Positions 28,601-38,443 of a stretch of DNA of 64,000 bases are shown one piece after another (within the stretch, counting starts at the first letter, position 1; every line of letters begins with the position of its first letter). Origin of the DNA: a virus (lineage: Duplodnaviria > Caudoviricetes); the IMG/VR virus record IMGVR_UViG_3300046461_000123, positions 706 through 64,705 of that record; one strand, written 5' to 3'. Both the position numbers and the translations under genes were made by a program. Under the pieces are notes generated by a model. That model saw only the letters and a list, made by a program, of their open reading frames with translations. It was not told the DNA's origin and searched no databases.

Positions 28601-31600
28601 GCAACGAGGGCGAGCTGTTCCCGAGCCAGCCGACCGCCGCCGTCCGCCAGGGCCATGTCGTCGCGAAGGAGTCGAAGCCGAAACTGCAGCGTCTCGAGAC
28701 CGAGCAGATCGGCAGTGCCGGCCGGGACGAAAGCCAGCAGGGCGACATGTTCGATGCGCTGCACGTCGGCCGCGCCACGGCTGCCAATTTCCAACGAGCA
28801 CTAGACACCGGAGCGTTGCCGTCCAAGCGGGGCGAGCAGGAAGTCGGCAAGCACGTCCAGGGGCTGCGCTTGGCTGACGCACTGCTGCAGCTGAAGGTCC
28901 GGGGGCTGAAGGCGCGTCTCACCGATTCGACCAGGGCGCGCACGCGGCTGGAGGGCATCAGCGAGCAACTGGCCAGCATGCCGGCGAAAGCCCGCAAGGC
29001 AGCGGCCGACGAGTTGCACGCGAGCATGATGAAGGCCACGGACGCGGCGCTCAAGGCCAACGACACCCTGCAGGAGCTGCGGGTGGCACGCGGCGAGGGC
29101 GAGACGGTCGAGGAGCTGGACGACCGGATGCAGCGCGCTGAACGTGCGCAGCAGGCGGTCGAGTTCCAGACGGCACGGGTGGACTTCCTGAAGACGCTGC
29201 ACAAGGCGCTGACGGAAGCGGACGCTGTACCGGCGCTGGAGCGCTCGGCTGCGCGGCACAAGGAGCTGGTCAAGCAGCTGGCGGCAGCCGAAGCGGACGT
29301 TGCCGCGAACGCGGCCGACCTGAAGGTGCGGCAGGCCGAGATGCAGGGCAAGCAGCGCAAGGCAGCCAAGGCCGGCGCCGTCACCGGGCCGAGCATCGAG
29401 CGCACGCAGCCGCGTCTGCTGCCGCAGCAGCCCAAGCCCGTGAAGGCCCATGTACCGACCGAGGCGCAGCGGCAGGCGACGGCGATCGCCGCCAGTGCCG
29501 CCGACTACGCAGCGCGCACTGGCGAGCGCGTCACGCGCGTTGAAGCCCGTCAAGCCGAAGGCGGCATCGATGTCACGTCCGATGCGGTGAACGAAGCCGT
29601 CTCGACGGCTATGGCTGTTCCGGGTGTCACCCAGGCGGCGCTGCAGAAGGCGTTCGATCGCGTGCGCACCAAGGTGCTGCCCAAGGCGTTCACGACACGC
29701 CAGGGTGAGATCGCCACCGAGCTGGGCCGGGTCGATGCGGAGATGAAGCGGCTGCGGGCGGCGAACGACGGCGGCGTGCTGCCCCCGGCGCTGGCCAAGC
29801 GTCACACCAGCGCGGTGCTGTCGGTCCCGCTGCTGGAGCAGCAGATCAAGGCTGCCAAGAGCGCGGATGCACGAGCGCAGCTGATCGATCAGCTCGATCG
29901 CGTCGAATCGCGCATCAAGGACTTCGACGCACAGCGCACGCCGCTTGTGGACAACCCGCAGTACCGCGAGCTGCAGCGGCAGGCCGCACTACTGGATTTC
30001 GAGAGCACGGTGCTCGATATGCAGGAGTCGGCCGTGCATGCGGCGGCTGGGTACAAGTCTGTGGGCAAGGATGTGGTGACGCCGCGCGCGGCGCGTGCGG
30101 AGCAGCGTGCGTCGAGGGGCGTGGTCGAGCCCGCGGTGCAGCTGGCGGGCAAAGCCGTCACGCGCATGGACGCGGCGCAGATCGCCAGGGAGAAGTCGAA
30201 GTACGGGTACAAGGGCCGTGCCTTCGCACCGACCGAAGCGCAGACGGAGGAAGCCGTTGCGCACAGGGCTGGGGCCATCGCCACGGATGCGGCAATCATC
30301 GCCGCGCGCGACGCGAAGGAAGCCAAGGGCAAGCCGCGCGCCTTGACGCCGCTGCAGGCCCTGAAAGTCATGCAGGCAGTTGCTGCGAAGCGCGCTGCCG
30401 AGCAGACGCCGCAGACGGCCAAGGAGCGCAAGGCAGCGGCGAAATCGGAAGGGGTGCCCAAGATCATCTCGGATTCCTACGAGGCGCTCGATCAGACGGC
30501 GCTGTCGCAGCAGAACATGGAGCATGCGCATGACGGGCAGCTCGACAAGATCCTTGAGTCGCTGACGAAGACGGGCTCGACGCCGCAGACGCGCGAGCTG
30601 GCCGGCAAGCTGGGAGCGCTGCTGAAGGACACCAAGCTGCGCGTCGATGCCGACGTGAAGGCCCACGGTGCGTCCGTGTCGGCGCTGTACGACGCCCCGA
30701 CGAACACGCTCACGCTGCACCCGATGGCGCTCACCGAGGAAAACCTGCTGCACGAGGGCGTGCACGGCGCCACGTTGCGCGCGCTGGTCGCACCGGCTAG
30801 CCAGATGACGCGTGCGCAGCTCAATGCACGCAGCGAGCTGACGCGCTTGCTGACACGCATCCAGAAGGATCCGGCGTTCGCGCGCGAGTACGGCCGCGAG
30901 AACCTTGCCGAGCTGGCGGCGGAGGTGATGTCGAACAAGGATCTGCGCGCCAAGATCGATGCGCAGTACCCGCCAGGGTTCTGGCGCCAGTTGTGGAATG
31001 CGGCGCTGCAGATGCTCGGCATCACGCCACGCACGGCCAGCGAGCGGGCGATGGGCAGTGTCGAGAAGTTGTTCCAGCCGGCGCGCACGTTCACGGCCGC
31101 TGAGACATCAGTGATGTATGACATGCTGGGCGCCACATCCGCGCCGGCTGCTGCACGCGCTGCACGCGCTGCGCCAGCGAGTGCGCTCGATGCGTTCAGC
31201 AGCATGATCACGGCCGAGCCGGCGCCGCAGGGCGTGCGCGCCTTCATGAAGGACTCCAATGCAGGACTTGCTGCGGAGATGGCGCTGGTAGACCAGCGCG
31301 CGCCGATCCTGAAGGCGCTGTCCAAGGGCGATAAGGCCGCGTTCGAGCAGGCCCAGTACAACCTGCGCAAGTCCGACGCGCGCATGGCCCAGGTCTACGC
31401 GGTGCTGCAGCGCGGCCCGGCGCAGCTCAAGCGCGATGCCAGGGGCAACCACATCGTCGAGGCAGGCAACGGGCCATCGGCCAAGCAGATCTTCGAGGCG
31501 ATCGGCAAGCTGCCCGGCACCACGCCGGAGAAGCAGTTCTCCACTGCGCAGGCGTACATGGTTGCGCAGCGCGCGGCCAACAAGGGCTGGGACAAACTGG

Positions 31601-33783
31601 GCTTCGAGACGAGCGAGGAGTTCCGTGCTGCCGGCGAGGCGGCACTGGCGCAGGCCAAGGCCGACCCGGCGCTGCAGGCCAAGCTCGATGTCGTGCGTGG
31701 CATGTACAACGACTACAACAAGGGCATGGTGCAGTTCCTTGCCGACACGGGCGCGATCCCGAAGGCCACGGCGCACAAGCTCATCAAGGACGGGGACTAC
31801 GTGCCGTTCTACCGTGTCGATAGCGCAGGTGGTGCGGCTGAACTCGTGATGGGTGAAGGCACGAACATCCGCGTGGGCGATGTGCGCAAGCAGCCGTACC
31901 TGCATCAGCTCAAGGGCGACAGCGGCAAGCTGCTGCCGCTCAACGAAGCGATCATGCGCAACACCATGTTGCTGACGGACATGGGCCTGTCGAACATGGC
32001 GACGAAGAGCGTCGCCTACGCGCTGCAGGACATGAGCCAGGAGACGCGCGGCGTCAACCGGATCCGGGACACGCCCGCACCGACCGGCGCCGACATCATC
32101 AAGTTCAACCAAGAGCCCGACCCCAACAAGGCGGGCGACACGGGCGAGCGCTGGATGCGCGTGCAGTCCGAAGGCACGCCGTTCGAGGGCATCCCTGCCG
32201 AGATGCTGGTGCAGTCGCTGGAAGGCTCGCACCATGTGATGACGGGCATGGCCAAGCTCGCCGGCCGCTTCGGCGACATCCTGCGCGCGGGCGTCACGCG
32301 CTCGCCGATGTACATGATCCGGCAGTTGGTCCGCGATCCGATGTCGGCTGCGTTCACGGCAGGCACGACGCGCGGGCCGGTGCGCGCCATGTTCGAGACC
32401 ATGCGCGAGTTCACGGCGCAGTCGATGGGCAGTACCGAGGGTGGCGAGATGCTGCTGCGCAAGGGCGTGGCCCAAAGCGGCATCTTCACTGGCGACGCCG
32501 ACGATCTGAGCAAGTTCGCGCTGCAGTTGGCGCACGGCAACCAGAGCGCGATCACGCGCCTGATCAGCATGGCCGATCGCGCGGCGATGCGTGCCGATGC
32601 GGCGACGCGCACGCAGGTCTACAACGACACGCTGAAGAAGACCGGCTCCGAGATGCAGGCCGAGCTGGCGGCGATGGAGATGATGAACTTCAGCAAGCGC
32701 GGCAGCAGCCCGACGGTGCAGCATGCATCTCGCATGATCCCGTTCCTGAACGCGCAGATTCAGTCGCTCAACGTGCTGGCCAAGGCGTTTCGCGGCAACA
32801 TGCCGCTGGAAGATCAGCTGCAGATCCGCAGCAAGTTCCTGAAGAACGCGGGCGCGCTGACTGCCTTCTCGCTCATCTACGCGATGGGCATGGAAGACAA
32901 CGACGACTACAAGAACGCGACGGCGCAGGAGCGCTTCAACAACTTCTTCGTACCGACACCGATGGGCACGCTCAAGGTGCCGATCCCCTACGAGGTGGGC
33001 CTGCTGTTCAAGGCGCTGCCCGAGGCGGCGGCGCGGGCCATGAGCCAGGGGCTCGACGCGACAGACTGGAAGGCGCTGCGCGACGCGGCGCTGAACACGA
33101 TCCCTGGTGGCGGCAACTACGCCGTGATCCCGCAAGCCGTCAAGCCACTCGTCGAGCTGGGCCTGAACCGCAACATGTACACCGGACGTGCCATCGAATC
33201 CGAGACGCAGCAGAAGCTCGATCCCGAGGAGCGTTACGGCGAGAACACGACCGAGCTGGCCAAGACGATCTCGAGCCTGCTCCCGGCAGCGCTGGGCGTC
33301 AGTCCGTTGAAGATCGAGCATGTGGTGCGCGGCTATCTGGGCGGGCTGCCGATCGCTGCAGCATCGCTGGCCAATGAGATGCTGTCGGATGCGTCCATGC
33401 CGGAGCGCAAGGGCTCGCAGACGCCGCTGCTGGGCGGAATGGTCGCCGACTCGATCGGCCAGGGTCCGCTCGATCGCGCCTACGCGAAGTCAAGTGCCAT
33501 CGAGCAGGCCGGCAACACGTACGACAAGCTCATCAAGGATGGCAAGCTGGCAGCCGCGATGAAGTACCGCGAGGACAACCTTAGCGTGCTGCAGTCCGAT
33601 CAGCTGAACCAGCGCTTCAAGGCCGACATGCAGAAGGCCAAGGAGGCGCGTACGCGGGTGATGCAGGCGGAGAAGATGCCGTCCGACGAGAAGCGCAAGT
33701 GGCTCGATCAGATCGAGACGATGCGCAACAAGCAGGCCGACATCTTCACGCAAGCAGTCAAGTCGGTGGCCACTGCACATTGA
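25648..33783 (+). CDS. Giant internal virion (large polyvalent-type) protein with HExxH and LPD38-like C-terminus
   Basis: 2711 aa; LLHEGVH zincin motif with downstream ELAAE; C-terminal IPFLNAQIQ, IPIPYEVG, SPLKIEHVVRGYLG. Confidence 0.8.
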   Translation: MPTYSITAPNGRTYRMTGPDGLEQADLIAHVMEFDPDAGIPPPPPKTGVGAAFASGLENMYTSGRTALKGAFGDPVAAAQEGLAAQQAQEQEYDPQVGTQRVREAWNKDGLLGAAGEVVKQAPRAIAQSLPEMGAMFTGARLGAMAGSAIAPGLGTIVGGVGGGILGGLLPQAGRNMVTQQETHPGDVSVGKAYGAGAAQAALEEVTPLALMGTRVASKVFGRDMPGLIARLGPEAAEEVAQASLKSTLAKGALHGAVGEGTTEVMQEALGRLQAGQSLTDADAMQAYGEAAYGGVIAGTPMGAAGHAYERSGAKQEVAAGQAAAAQQEAQRAAEARAAAEQAATAADAQRKADPQYAAQVEEQYLAHEAKTKELLARKAAYRAEKTQAGFAAMKDIDEELKAHIAGGKDLVDAYNATRPIREAAAAANAATAAAQAAPPEPGTPVAPEGALFGGYEDAKAQERIDALQMQITERGQDLTTANEQVMGIMRSGTSAQIAQARIGLKQRETELQAARDELDKLAPGLRAKQEADAAAADAAAIERMNFNPEVAQQKIVALTDKLQQVNDPSEARKAEGWAREREHLQTLLAEHAADTGPGATETEPTYGEDLFQLGHRVRAEEKLSGMRQLAQQRGLEALGRGEATQAWPDLDPRSHEPPGTPYGDTAENLARETDDAFNRAFASKQRMAALDALATSGDEDARFVQIAMRSPITGEGGAIVEHLASLPADERMNAARSLQDFGKTIKQRLHEGLKTARAGGDRIRAESFIDAIRSITATEQQTKGRAHYTADFYNTAARLVPGVYQGAREAVGMSAAATTPEQQARASAGRHFQVLDDLQKRMQGVADPRATAAMQAVADEGEADVAPPQRRAREDVTGQAMLFEPAAGPAPTADTPRQLVRQRIDKLLATPGLSGQARATLRRAADVVGGAAEGAGHVPVRVLENITEMVTRAERGVGAKTAEVRRPLEPSAPREVQGTGVLVGNEGELFPSQPTAAVRQGHVVAKESKPKLQRLETEQIGSAGRDESQQGDMFDALHVGRATAANFQRALDTGALPSKRGEQEVGKHVQGLRLADALLQLKVRGLKARLTDSTRARTRLEGISEQLASMPAKARKAAADELHASMMKATDAALKANDTLQELRVARGEGETVEELDDRMQRAERAQQAVEFQTARVDFLKTLHKALTEADAVPALERSAARHKELVKQLAAAEADVAANAADLKVRQAEMQGKQRKAAKAGAVTGPSIERTQPRLLPQQPKPVKAHVPTEAQRQATAIAASAADYAARTGERVTRVEARQAEGGIDVTSDAVNEAVSTAMAVPGVTQAALQKAFDRVRTKVLPKAFTTRQGEIATELGRVDAEMKRLRAANDGGVLPPALAKRHTSAVLSVPLLEQQIKAAKSADARAQLIDQLDRVESRIKDFDAQRTPLVDNPQYRELQRQAALLDFESTVLDMQESAVHAAAGYKSVGKDVVTPRAARAEQRASRGVVEPAVQLAGKAVTRMDAAQIAREKSKYGYKGRAFAPTEAQTEEAVAHRAGAIATDAAIIAARDAKEAKGKPRALTPLQALKVMQAVAAKRAAEQTPQTAKERKAAAKSEGVPKIISDSYEALDQTALSQQNMEHAHDGQLDKILESLTKTGSTPQTRELAGKLGALLKDTKLRVDADVKAHGASVSALYDAPTNTLTLHPMALTEENLLHEGVHGATLRALVAPASQMTRAQLNARSELTRLLTRIQKDPAFAREYGRENLAELAAEVMSNKDLRAKIDAQYPPGFWRQLWNAALQMLGITPRTASERAMGSVEKLFQPARTFTAAETSVMYDMLGATSAPAAARAARAAPASALDAFSSMITAEPAPQGVRAFMKDSNAGLAAEMALVDQRAPILKALSKGDKAAFEQAQYNLRKSDARMAQVYAVLQRGPAQLKRDARGNHIVEAGNGPSAKQIFEAIGKLPGTTPEKQFSTAQAYMVAQRAANKGWDKLGFETSEEFRAAGEAALAQAKADPALQAKLDVVRGMYNDYNKGMVQFLADTGAIPKATAHKLIKDGDYVPFYRVDSAGGAAELVMGEGTNIRVGDVRKQPYLHQLKGDSGKLLPLNEAIMRNTMLLTDMGLSNMATKSVAYALQDMSQETRGVNRIRDTPAPTGADIIKFNQEPDPNKAGDTGERWMRVQSEGTPFEGIPAEMLVQSLEGSHHVMTGMAKLAGRFGDILRAGVTRSPMYMIRQLVRDPMSAAFTAGTTRGPVRAMFETMREFTAQSMGSTEGGEMLLRKGVAQSGIFTGDADDLSKFALQLAHGNQSAITRLISMADRAAMRADAATRTQVYNDTLKKTGSEMQAELAAMEMMNFSKRGSSPTVQHASRMIPFLNAQIQSLNVLAKAFRGNMPLEDQLQIRSKFLKNAGALTAFSLIYAMGMEDNDDYKNATAQERFNNFFVPTPMGTLKVPIPYEVGLLFKALPEAAARAMSQGLDATDWKALRDAALNTIPGGGNYAVIPQAVKPLVELGLNRNMYTGRAIESETQQKLDPEERYGENTTELAKTISSLLPAALGVSPLKIEHVVRGYLGGLPIAAASLANEMLSDASMPERKGSQTPLLGGMVADSIGQGPLDRAYAKSSAIEQAGNTYDKLIKDGKLAAAMKYREDNLSVLQSDQLNQRFKADMQKAKEARTRVMQAEKMPSDEKRKWLDQIETMRNKQADIFTQAVKSVATAH

Positions 33784-33955
33784 AGATCACGCCGAGCATG
33801 CCCTTGTAGATGCATGCTCGCGCCTTCACGGAGATGCGCGTGCCGCACGCCTCGCGGGCCGTGCGCATCCCCTCCGTCATGAGCACGTAGGGCGCCAGGG
33901 TCGGGACGAAGAACGCGCCGGCCGGGCGCGTGGCCCAATGCCAGTCGTGTGTCAT
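33758..33955 (-). CDS. Hypothetical protein
   Basis: 65 aa MTHDWHW...FFVPTL; last gene of the - arm. Confidence 0.55.
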   Translation of the reverse strand: MTHDWHWATRPAGAFFVPTLAPYVLMTEGMRTAREACGTRISVKARACIYKGMLGVIFNVQWPPT

Positions 33956-33959
33956 GGTG

Positions 33960-36848
33960 TCAGGCGGTATTGCCCGGAGCGTTGGAGATGGCATAGGACA
34001 GGTACAGGCAGCGCGTCGAGCTGCTGCTCATCGTTGTTCCTTTGAACAGGTCCATCACCTTCTCGCTCACGATCGCGTAGCGCGACAGGTCTTCCTTGAG
34101 CGCGACATAGCTCCAGTTGCGCAGACTGCAGAATTTCTTCAGCGTCGTCATGTCGATGTACGTGTTGACCAGTCCCGGACTCACTTCGTACTCGATGCGG
34201 CCGACGACTCTGCCGCGCGCCGAGTCGGGCAGCGTGACGGTCAAGGTGCTGGTGCTGTTGCCGAGCGCATTGACGATCTGGCCAGCACGGCTGAGCTTGA
34301 CGAACATGCCGTTGTGCTCGCGCAGGAAGGCAGCGATCAGATCGTTGGCATCGGTGACGTTGGCGGTGATCAGGCGGCGAGTGTTTAGAACGAGCCCTTG
34401 CAGGAAGTCCATCACGCGCTTGGCGTTGATGGTGCAGATGTTGGCGTGCTGCGGGCCGAGCAGGACCGCGGCCGTGATGATCGCTGCGCCGCCTGCCACC
34501 CAGTAGCGCTCGGTGTCGGTTGCGTCCAGCTGCTTGCGCCAGCCTTCCATCACGGTGGCGAACACCTGCTTGGCAACGGCGAGGTTGTTCACCAGCCATG
34601 TGGCGAACTGCGGGCCGGCATGACCGTAGTTCTCGTTGAGCAGCTGCAGCGTGTCGCGTTCGGTGTTCGAGAAGTTGATGGGCACCTCGCAGCGCCACTC
34701 GAGGAAGCGCTGCACTTCACCGTTGCTCGACGTGTCGCGGGCACCGAGCATGTGCTCCAGCACGGGGCTGTTGCTCGTGATGAGGGCGAGCCCGTTCCAC
34801 ATCATGTTGTCGCTGAGTTCGGCGTTGGCGCTGTGGGATCCCTTGAGCTTGTGCTGACCCTGCGAGTAGTCGAAGATGAACTTCGGCACCCACTCCATCT
34901 CGGACATGCGGTTCTTGGCCGTCACCTCGTCAACGAGCAGCGGCAGTCCGCCCAACAGGCCGGCGCGCTGCAGCATCGTGTTCTCGCTTGTGGTCGGCAC
35001 GACGATGAAGCGCTTGCCGCCCCACACGCTGCGTGCCAGCCCGAGCGCAAGGGACTTGCCTACACCGGACTCGCGCCCGCATGCATGGATCACCATCGCG
35101 TCGGCGCCGTTGTTGCTCCACTTCATCAGCGGCGAGGCGAAGCCGATCAGCATCAGCGACACGATGTCATAGCAGCCCTTGGCACACAGCATTGCCACGA
35201 TGCGCTGCCACGTAGACATGCTGCCGTGCGGCACCATGCCTTCGATCAGGTTGCCCAGGCGATCGGAGATGAAGCTGTATTCGCCTGTCGCTGCAACGAC
35301 GCGATCGCCAAACGCGAAGCTGTCGTCAGGCTGCCAGCCGTACTTCGGCGGAACGCGCAGCGATTTGTTGCCGACGCTGGCCGCTTGCACGCATGCACGC
35401 AGGTAGGCGAACAGGTTCAGATCTTGGCCTTTCACGGGGAAGATGTTCTGGCCTGCCAGCGTCTTGAGCGCGTCGTCCTTGCGGGCCAGGGTGTGCATGG
35501 GCACAGCCGTGAAGATCAGCGTGTCGGCATCCACGACGCGACAAAAGCGTGCGCAGTAGCTGTCCCCCTCCTGCATCACGCTGTGCAGGAAGAAGACGTA
35601 TGGCAGGATCACCGTTGCTTCGCCGTGGGTGACGCGGCTCGTGTGGTTGTTGGCGAAAGTGAACTCATCGGGCGGTGCGGGCAGTGCCGGTGCTGCCGAT
35701 GTCGCCGGCACCACTTGCGGCGCATAGGCATACCCGAGCGGCAGCGGGTTGGTGATCTTGCCGGCGTGTGGGCAACCGGCACAGCCGCCAGGGTTCAGCT
35801 CTTCGATCTTGTTGCAGCTGTACGGTCCCTGCAGCGCATTCCACTTCGCCTGCAGACGCTCTTCGGAGTACGGGTGCATGGCAGCCAGTTTCCGGCCTGC
35901 ATCGAGCCCTTCTGTCGTGCACTTTGCCAGCGAGAGCATGCTGCGCCACATCGGCTCCATGCCGTCTTCATCGGCGTGCTCCACATAGAACCGGACCTGA
36001 GCGCAGCCATTACCGGCCATCGAGCGATCCAGAATCTGCGTGAAGCTGCTGTCGATGTGCGGCACCAGCGCCGCGCCCACCGTTGTCGTGCGGACCGGGC
36101 GTTGACCGGGGATACCGTTCACGATGGTGATCCCCGGCAACGTGGGACGTGTGCCGGGAATGTTGATGGCAGGCTCGGTCAGCGCGAGCGTTCGACCGTT
36201 GACTGGCGCCAGCGCTCCCAGCATCTCGAGTGTGGGCAGCAGACTGTCGATGTCCGCAAGCGTGAACGCATAGCCCGTCTGCTTGATCGCAGATGGACGC
36301 GGCGGGTCGTACTTGAAGTTCAGCGTGCCCGGCATGCGCAGCACGCGTGCTGCGTCGGCGGTGACAGCCTTGTCGATGTGCAGCTGATGCGCGACCGCCG
36401 TGCGCTTCAGTCGCTCGGCGACGGGCTGCCAGTCGGCGATCAGAACGTCGGCGGACAGCGGCCAGTAGACATGCACGCCGCCACCGGAATCAACGAGCCA
36501 CGGATCTCCCAGAGTGGCGAGGCCGGTGGCTTCCATGAACGCGTGCAGCGCGATCACGGCTTCTTTCTTGCTGCGGTATTTGCCCCCTTTACCTGCAGGA
36601 TCGATGTCGATGTCAAAGAAGAAGCTGCGCATGTGATGCGCATTGATGGCTTCGCGGCTGCCACGCTGATTGAAGCTGGCAAGCGCGAAGTACGTGTTCA
36701 GGCCCCCGGCTGCAAAACGCTCAGCATCGGCCACTGCAGCAGCAACGCTATCGACGTAGCGGTGCTGGCGAAACTTGGTGGTCAGTTCGCATATGCAGTA
36801 GATGCCGGTGCGGGGTAGTACAGCCGTGAGGAAGTCAGTTGCGTCCAT
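33960..36848 (-). CDS. Primase-helicase (RepB/AEP-like primase + DUF927-type P-loop)
   Basis: FFDID, DSGGGVHVYW, ARVLRMPGTLN; Cys cluster CNK...CAGC; Walker A ESGVGKS, Walker B LLVDE. Confidence 0.88.
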   Translation of the reverse strand: MDATDFLTAVLPRTGIYCICELTTKFRQHRYVDSVAAAVADAERFAAGGLNTYFALASFNQRGSREAINAHHMRSFFFDIDIDPAGKGGKYRSKKEAVIALHAFMEATGLATLGDPWLVDSGGGVHVYWPLSADVLIADWQPVAERLKRTAVAHQLHIDKAVTADAARVLRMPGTLNFKYDPPRPSAIKQTGYAFTLADIDSLLPTLEMLGALAPVNGRTLALTEPAINIPGTRPTLPGITIVNGIPGQRPVRTTTVGAALVPHIDSSFTQILDRSMAGNGCAQVRFYVEHADEDGMEPMWRSMLSLAKCTTEGLDAGRKLAAMHPYSEERLQAKWNALQGPYSCNKIEELNPGGCAGCPHAGKITNPLPLGYAYAPQVVPATSAAPALPAPPDEFTFANNHTSRVTHGEATVILPYVFFLHSVMQEGDSYCARFCRVVDADTLIFTAVPMHTLARKDDALKTLAGQNIFPVKGQDLNLFAYLRACVQAASVGNKSLRVPPKYGWQPDDSFAFGDRVVAATGEYSFISDRLGNLIEGMVPHGSMSTWQRIVAMLCAKGCYDIVSLMLIGFASPLMKWSNNGADAMVIHACGRESGVGKSLALGLARSVWGGKRFIVVPTTSENTMLQRAGLLGGLPLLVDEVTAKNRMSEMEWVPKFIFDYSQGQHKLKGSHSANAELSDNMMWNGLALITSNSPVLEHMLGARDTSSNGEVQRFLEWRCEVPINFSNTERDTLQLLNENYGHAGPQFATWLVNNLAVAKQVFATVMEGWRKQLDATDTERYWVAGGAAIITAAVLLGPQHANICTINAKRVMDFLQGLVLNTRRLITANVTDANDLIAAFLREHNGMFVKLSRAGQIVNALGNSTSTLTVTLPDSARGRVVGRIEYEVSPGLVNTYIDMTTLKKFCSLRNWSYVALKEDLSRYAIVSEKVMDLFKGTTMSSSSTRCLYLSYAISNAPGNTA

Positions 36849-37038
36849 TGTCGGTAGGCCCGCGAGCGGCTACCGGCCGGGAAGGTGAATGGAAGCGCTG
36901 GCGATCCGTGTACGCGCGCAGCCGCGCGACGGCGCTTTCCTGCCATGCAACAGGCAGCGCGTCAGTCAGGAGATGCATGTCCGCTAACCGGACGAACTCT
37001 GCGTCGGTGAGTGTTCTTGGATATGGAAGGCTCGGCAT
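36835..37038 (-). CDS. Hypothetical protein
   Basis: 67 aa overlapping neighbours in operon. Confidence 0.5.
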   Translation of the reverse strand: MPSLPYPRTLTDAEFVRLADMHLLTDALPVAWQESAVARLRAYTDRQRFHSPSRPVAARGPTDNGRN

Positions 37039-37289
37039 GCTTTGCTCCAGGCGACGGCGGCGGTGGGCGCGTCACTCAATATGGATGTCAGGGTGCTCAC
37101 AGCGCTGCGATAAGCGTTGGATACTTGATTGCCGTAGAACCAGCTGTAGACCGTGGCCCGCGTGGCGCCCGTCGCGGTTGCGATGCGCGTCACTGGAAAG
37201 CCCAGGCGCACCGCAGCGCGCCCGAGTTGCGGGCCGAGTGAATCTCCGCCAGTCTGCACGGCGTCGTGGACGTGTTTGCGATAGCTCAT
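36984..37289 (-). CDS. Small HTH DNA-binding protein
   Basis: PVTRIATATGATRATVYSWFYG helix-turn-helix pattern. Confidence 0.75.
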   Translation of the reverse strand: MSYRKHVHDAVQTGGDSLGPQLGRAAVRLGFPVTRIATATGATRATVYSWFYGNQVSNAYRSAVSTLTSILSDAPTAAVAWSKACRAFHIQEHSPTQSSSG

Positions 37290-37303
37290 AGGAATGGCTC
37301 CGT

Positions 37304-37336
37304 GGAAGCACCCGCACGCAAGGTGCGGGTGCTTCC
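37304..37336. terminator. 14-bp stem hairpin (terminator or processing site)
   Basis: ggaagcacccgcac-gcaag-gtgcgggtgcttcc; no clear U-tract. Confidence 0.6.
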
Positions 37337-37343
37337 GTCGGGC

Positions 37344-38408
37344 CTAGTCGTCCCAGGCGTCGAGGATGTCGGCCAGCGCCCCCGTAGCGACCGCAGGGGG
37401 CGCTGCCGGGGTGCCGCTGATCACCACGGGCTCCACTTCGACTGCGGGCGCTGCAGGCGCTTGTACAGGCGCCGCAGCGGCACCGTTGGCTGCAGCAGCC
37501 GGCGTCCGGGGCTTGCGCTGCCGGGGCGGCGGTGCCGGCGGCTCGACTTCTTCGGCAGGTGCAGGCGCTGCCGCACGAGTACGCGGCGGCGGTGCCGGCG
37601 GCTCGGGGGGCTCGACAGCCGGTGCAGGCGCTGCCGGCTTTGTGGTCACGGGCGGCGTGCCGGGCACGCTCACGGGTGCCGCTCCCACGCCGTCCATCTG
37701 CGCCGGGTTCATCATGAGCGCCTTCTGCGCGTCGGGAGTGGTGCCGGCTGCGCGGCACAGATCGAACTCGTCCTGCTCGAGCCAGCGCATCGCCTTGAAA
37801 AACAGCTTCGGCGACTCCGACTTCGTGTCGAACTTCAGGCGCGTCACCAGCATCGTCGGGTCGATGCCTTGCGCGGTCAGCCAGCGTGCGTACTCCTGCA
37901 GCGGACGGTTCTCGCCCTCGGCCTTGCCGAACAGGCTCAGCGCGGGCAGGCTCAGCTGCATCACGTCACCCTCGATGTCGTTGGCCAGCACCACGGCAAT
38001 GCGTTGCGAGTAGCGGCAGGCGCGGCTGTCGCCCTGACCCGAGCCCTTGACGTTCTGCGGGCAGGCAGCGCAGCTGGCGGCTTGTCTGTTCTTCGACGTG
38101 ATGTCGGGCACGTCGCCGTTCTGGCTCCAGCAGTCGGGCATCGCGGGCTTGTCCGCGTCGTACGGCAACAGGTAGAACGTGCGGCTGACTTTCGGTGCAG
38201 CGGCCACGATCACGATGTCGAGGTAGCGCTCATCGACGGCAGCGATTTCCTTGCCGTCCACGATGAGACGGAACACGCCGCCCTTGATCGACAGGCGATT
38301 GCCCGTCTGCCCGCCGCCAGCCAGTGCTCGCGCGGTGTCCGAGATGCCGACCGAACGCAGGTGCGCAGGAAGTTGGCCAGGATTGAAAACTGCTACTTGA
38401 GTGTTCAC
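37344..38408 (-). CDS. Putative ssDNA-binding protein
   Basis: RLSIKGGVFR, PDCWS...CAACPQN...RAC, Pro/Ala linker, acidic-aromatic end ILDAWDD. Confidence 0.65.
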   Translation of the reverse strand: MNTQVAVFNPGQLPAHLRSVGISDTARALAGGGQTGNRLSIKGGVFRLIVDGKEIAAVDERYLDIVIVAAAPKVSRTFYLLPYDADKPAMPDCWSQNGDVPDITSKNRQAASCAACPQNVKGSGQGDSRACRYSQRIAVVLANDIEGDVMQLSLPALSLFGKAEGENRPLQEYARWLTAQGIDPTMLVTRLKFDTKSESPKLFFKAMRWLEQDEFDLCRAAGTTPDAQKALMMNPAQMDGVGAAPVSVPGTPPVTTKPAAPAPAVEPPEPPAPPPRTRAAAPAPAEEVEPPAPPPRQRKPRTPAAAANGAAAAPVQAPAAPAVEVEPVVISGTPAAPPAVATGALADILDAWDD

Positions 38409-38443
38409 TTACTAGTTCTCCAGGGTTGGTTGCTGCGTCAGTT

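Noticed and set aside
31108-33321. 737-aa minus-strand ORF
   Set aside because: Shadow of the giant virion protein
34398-36818. 806-aa plus-strand ORF (likewise 46818-48731, 57642-59234, 60570-62042)
   Set aside because: Antisense to well-supported genes such as primase and PolA; composition typical of shadow frames
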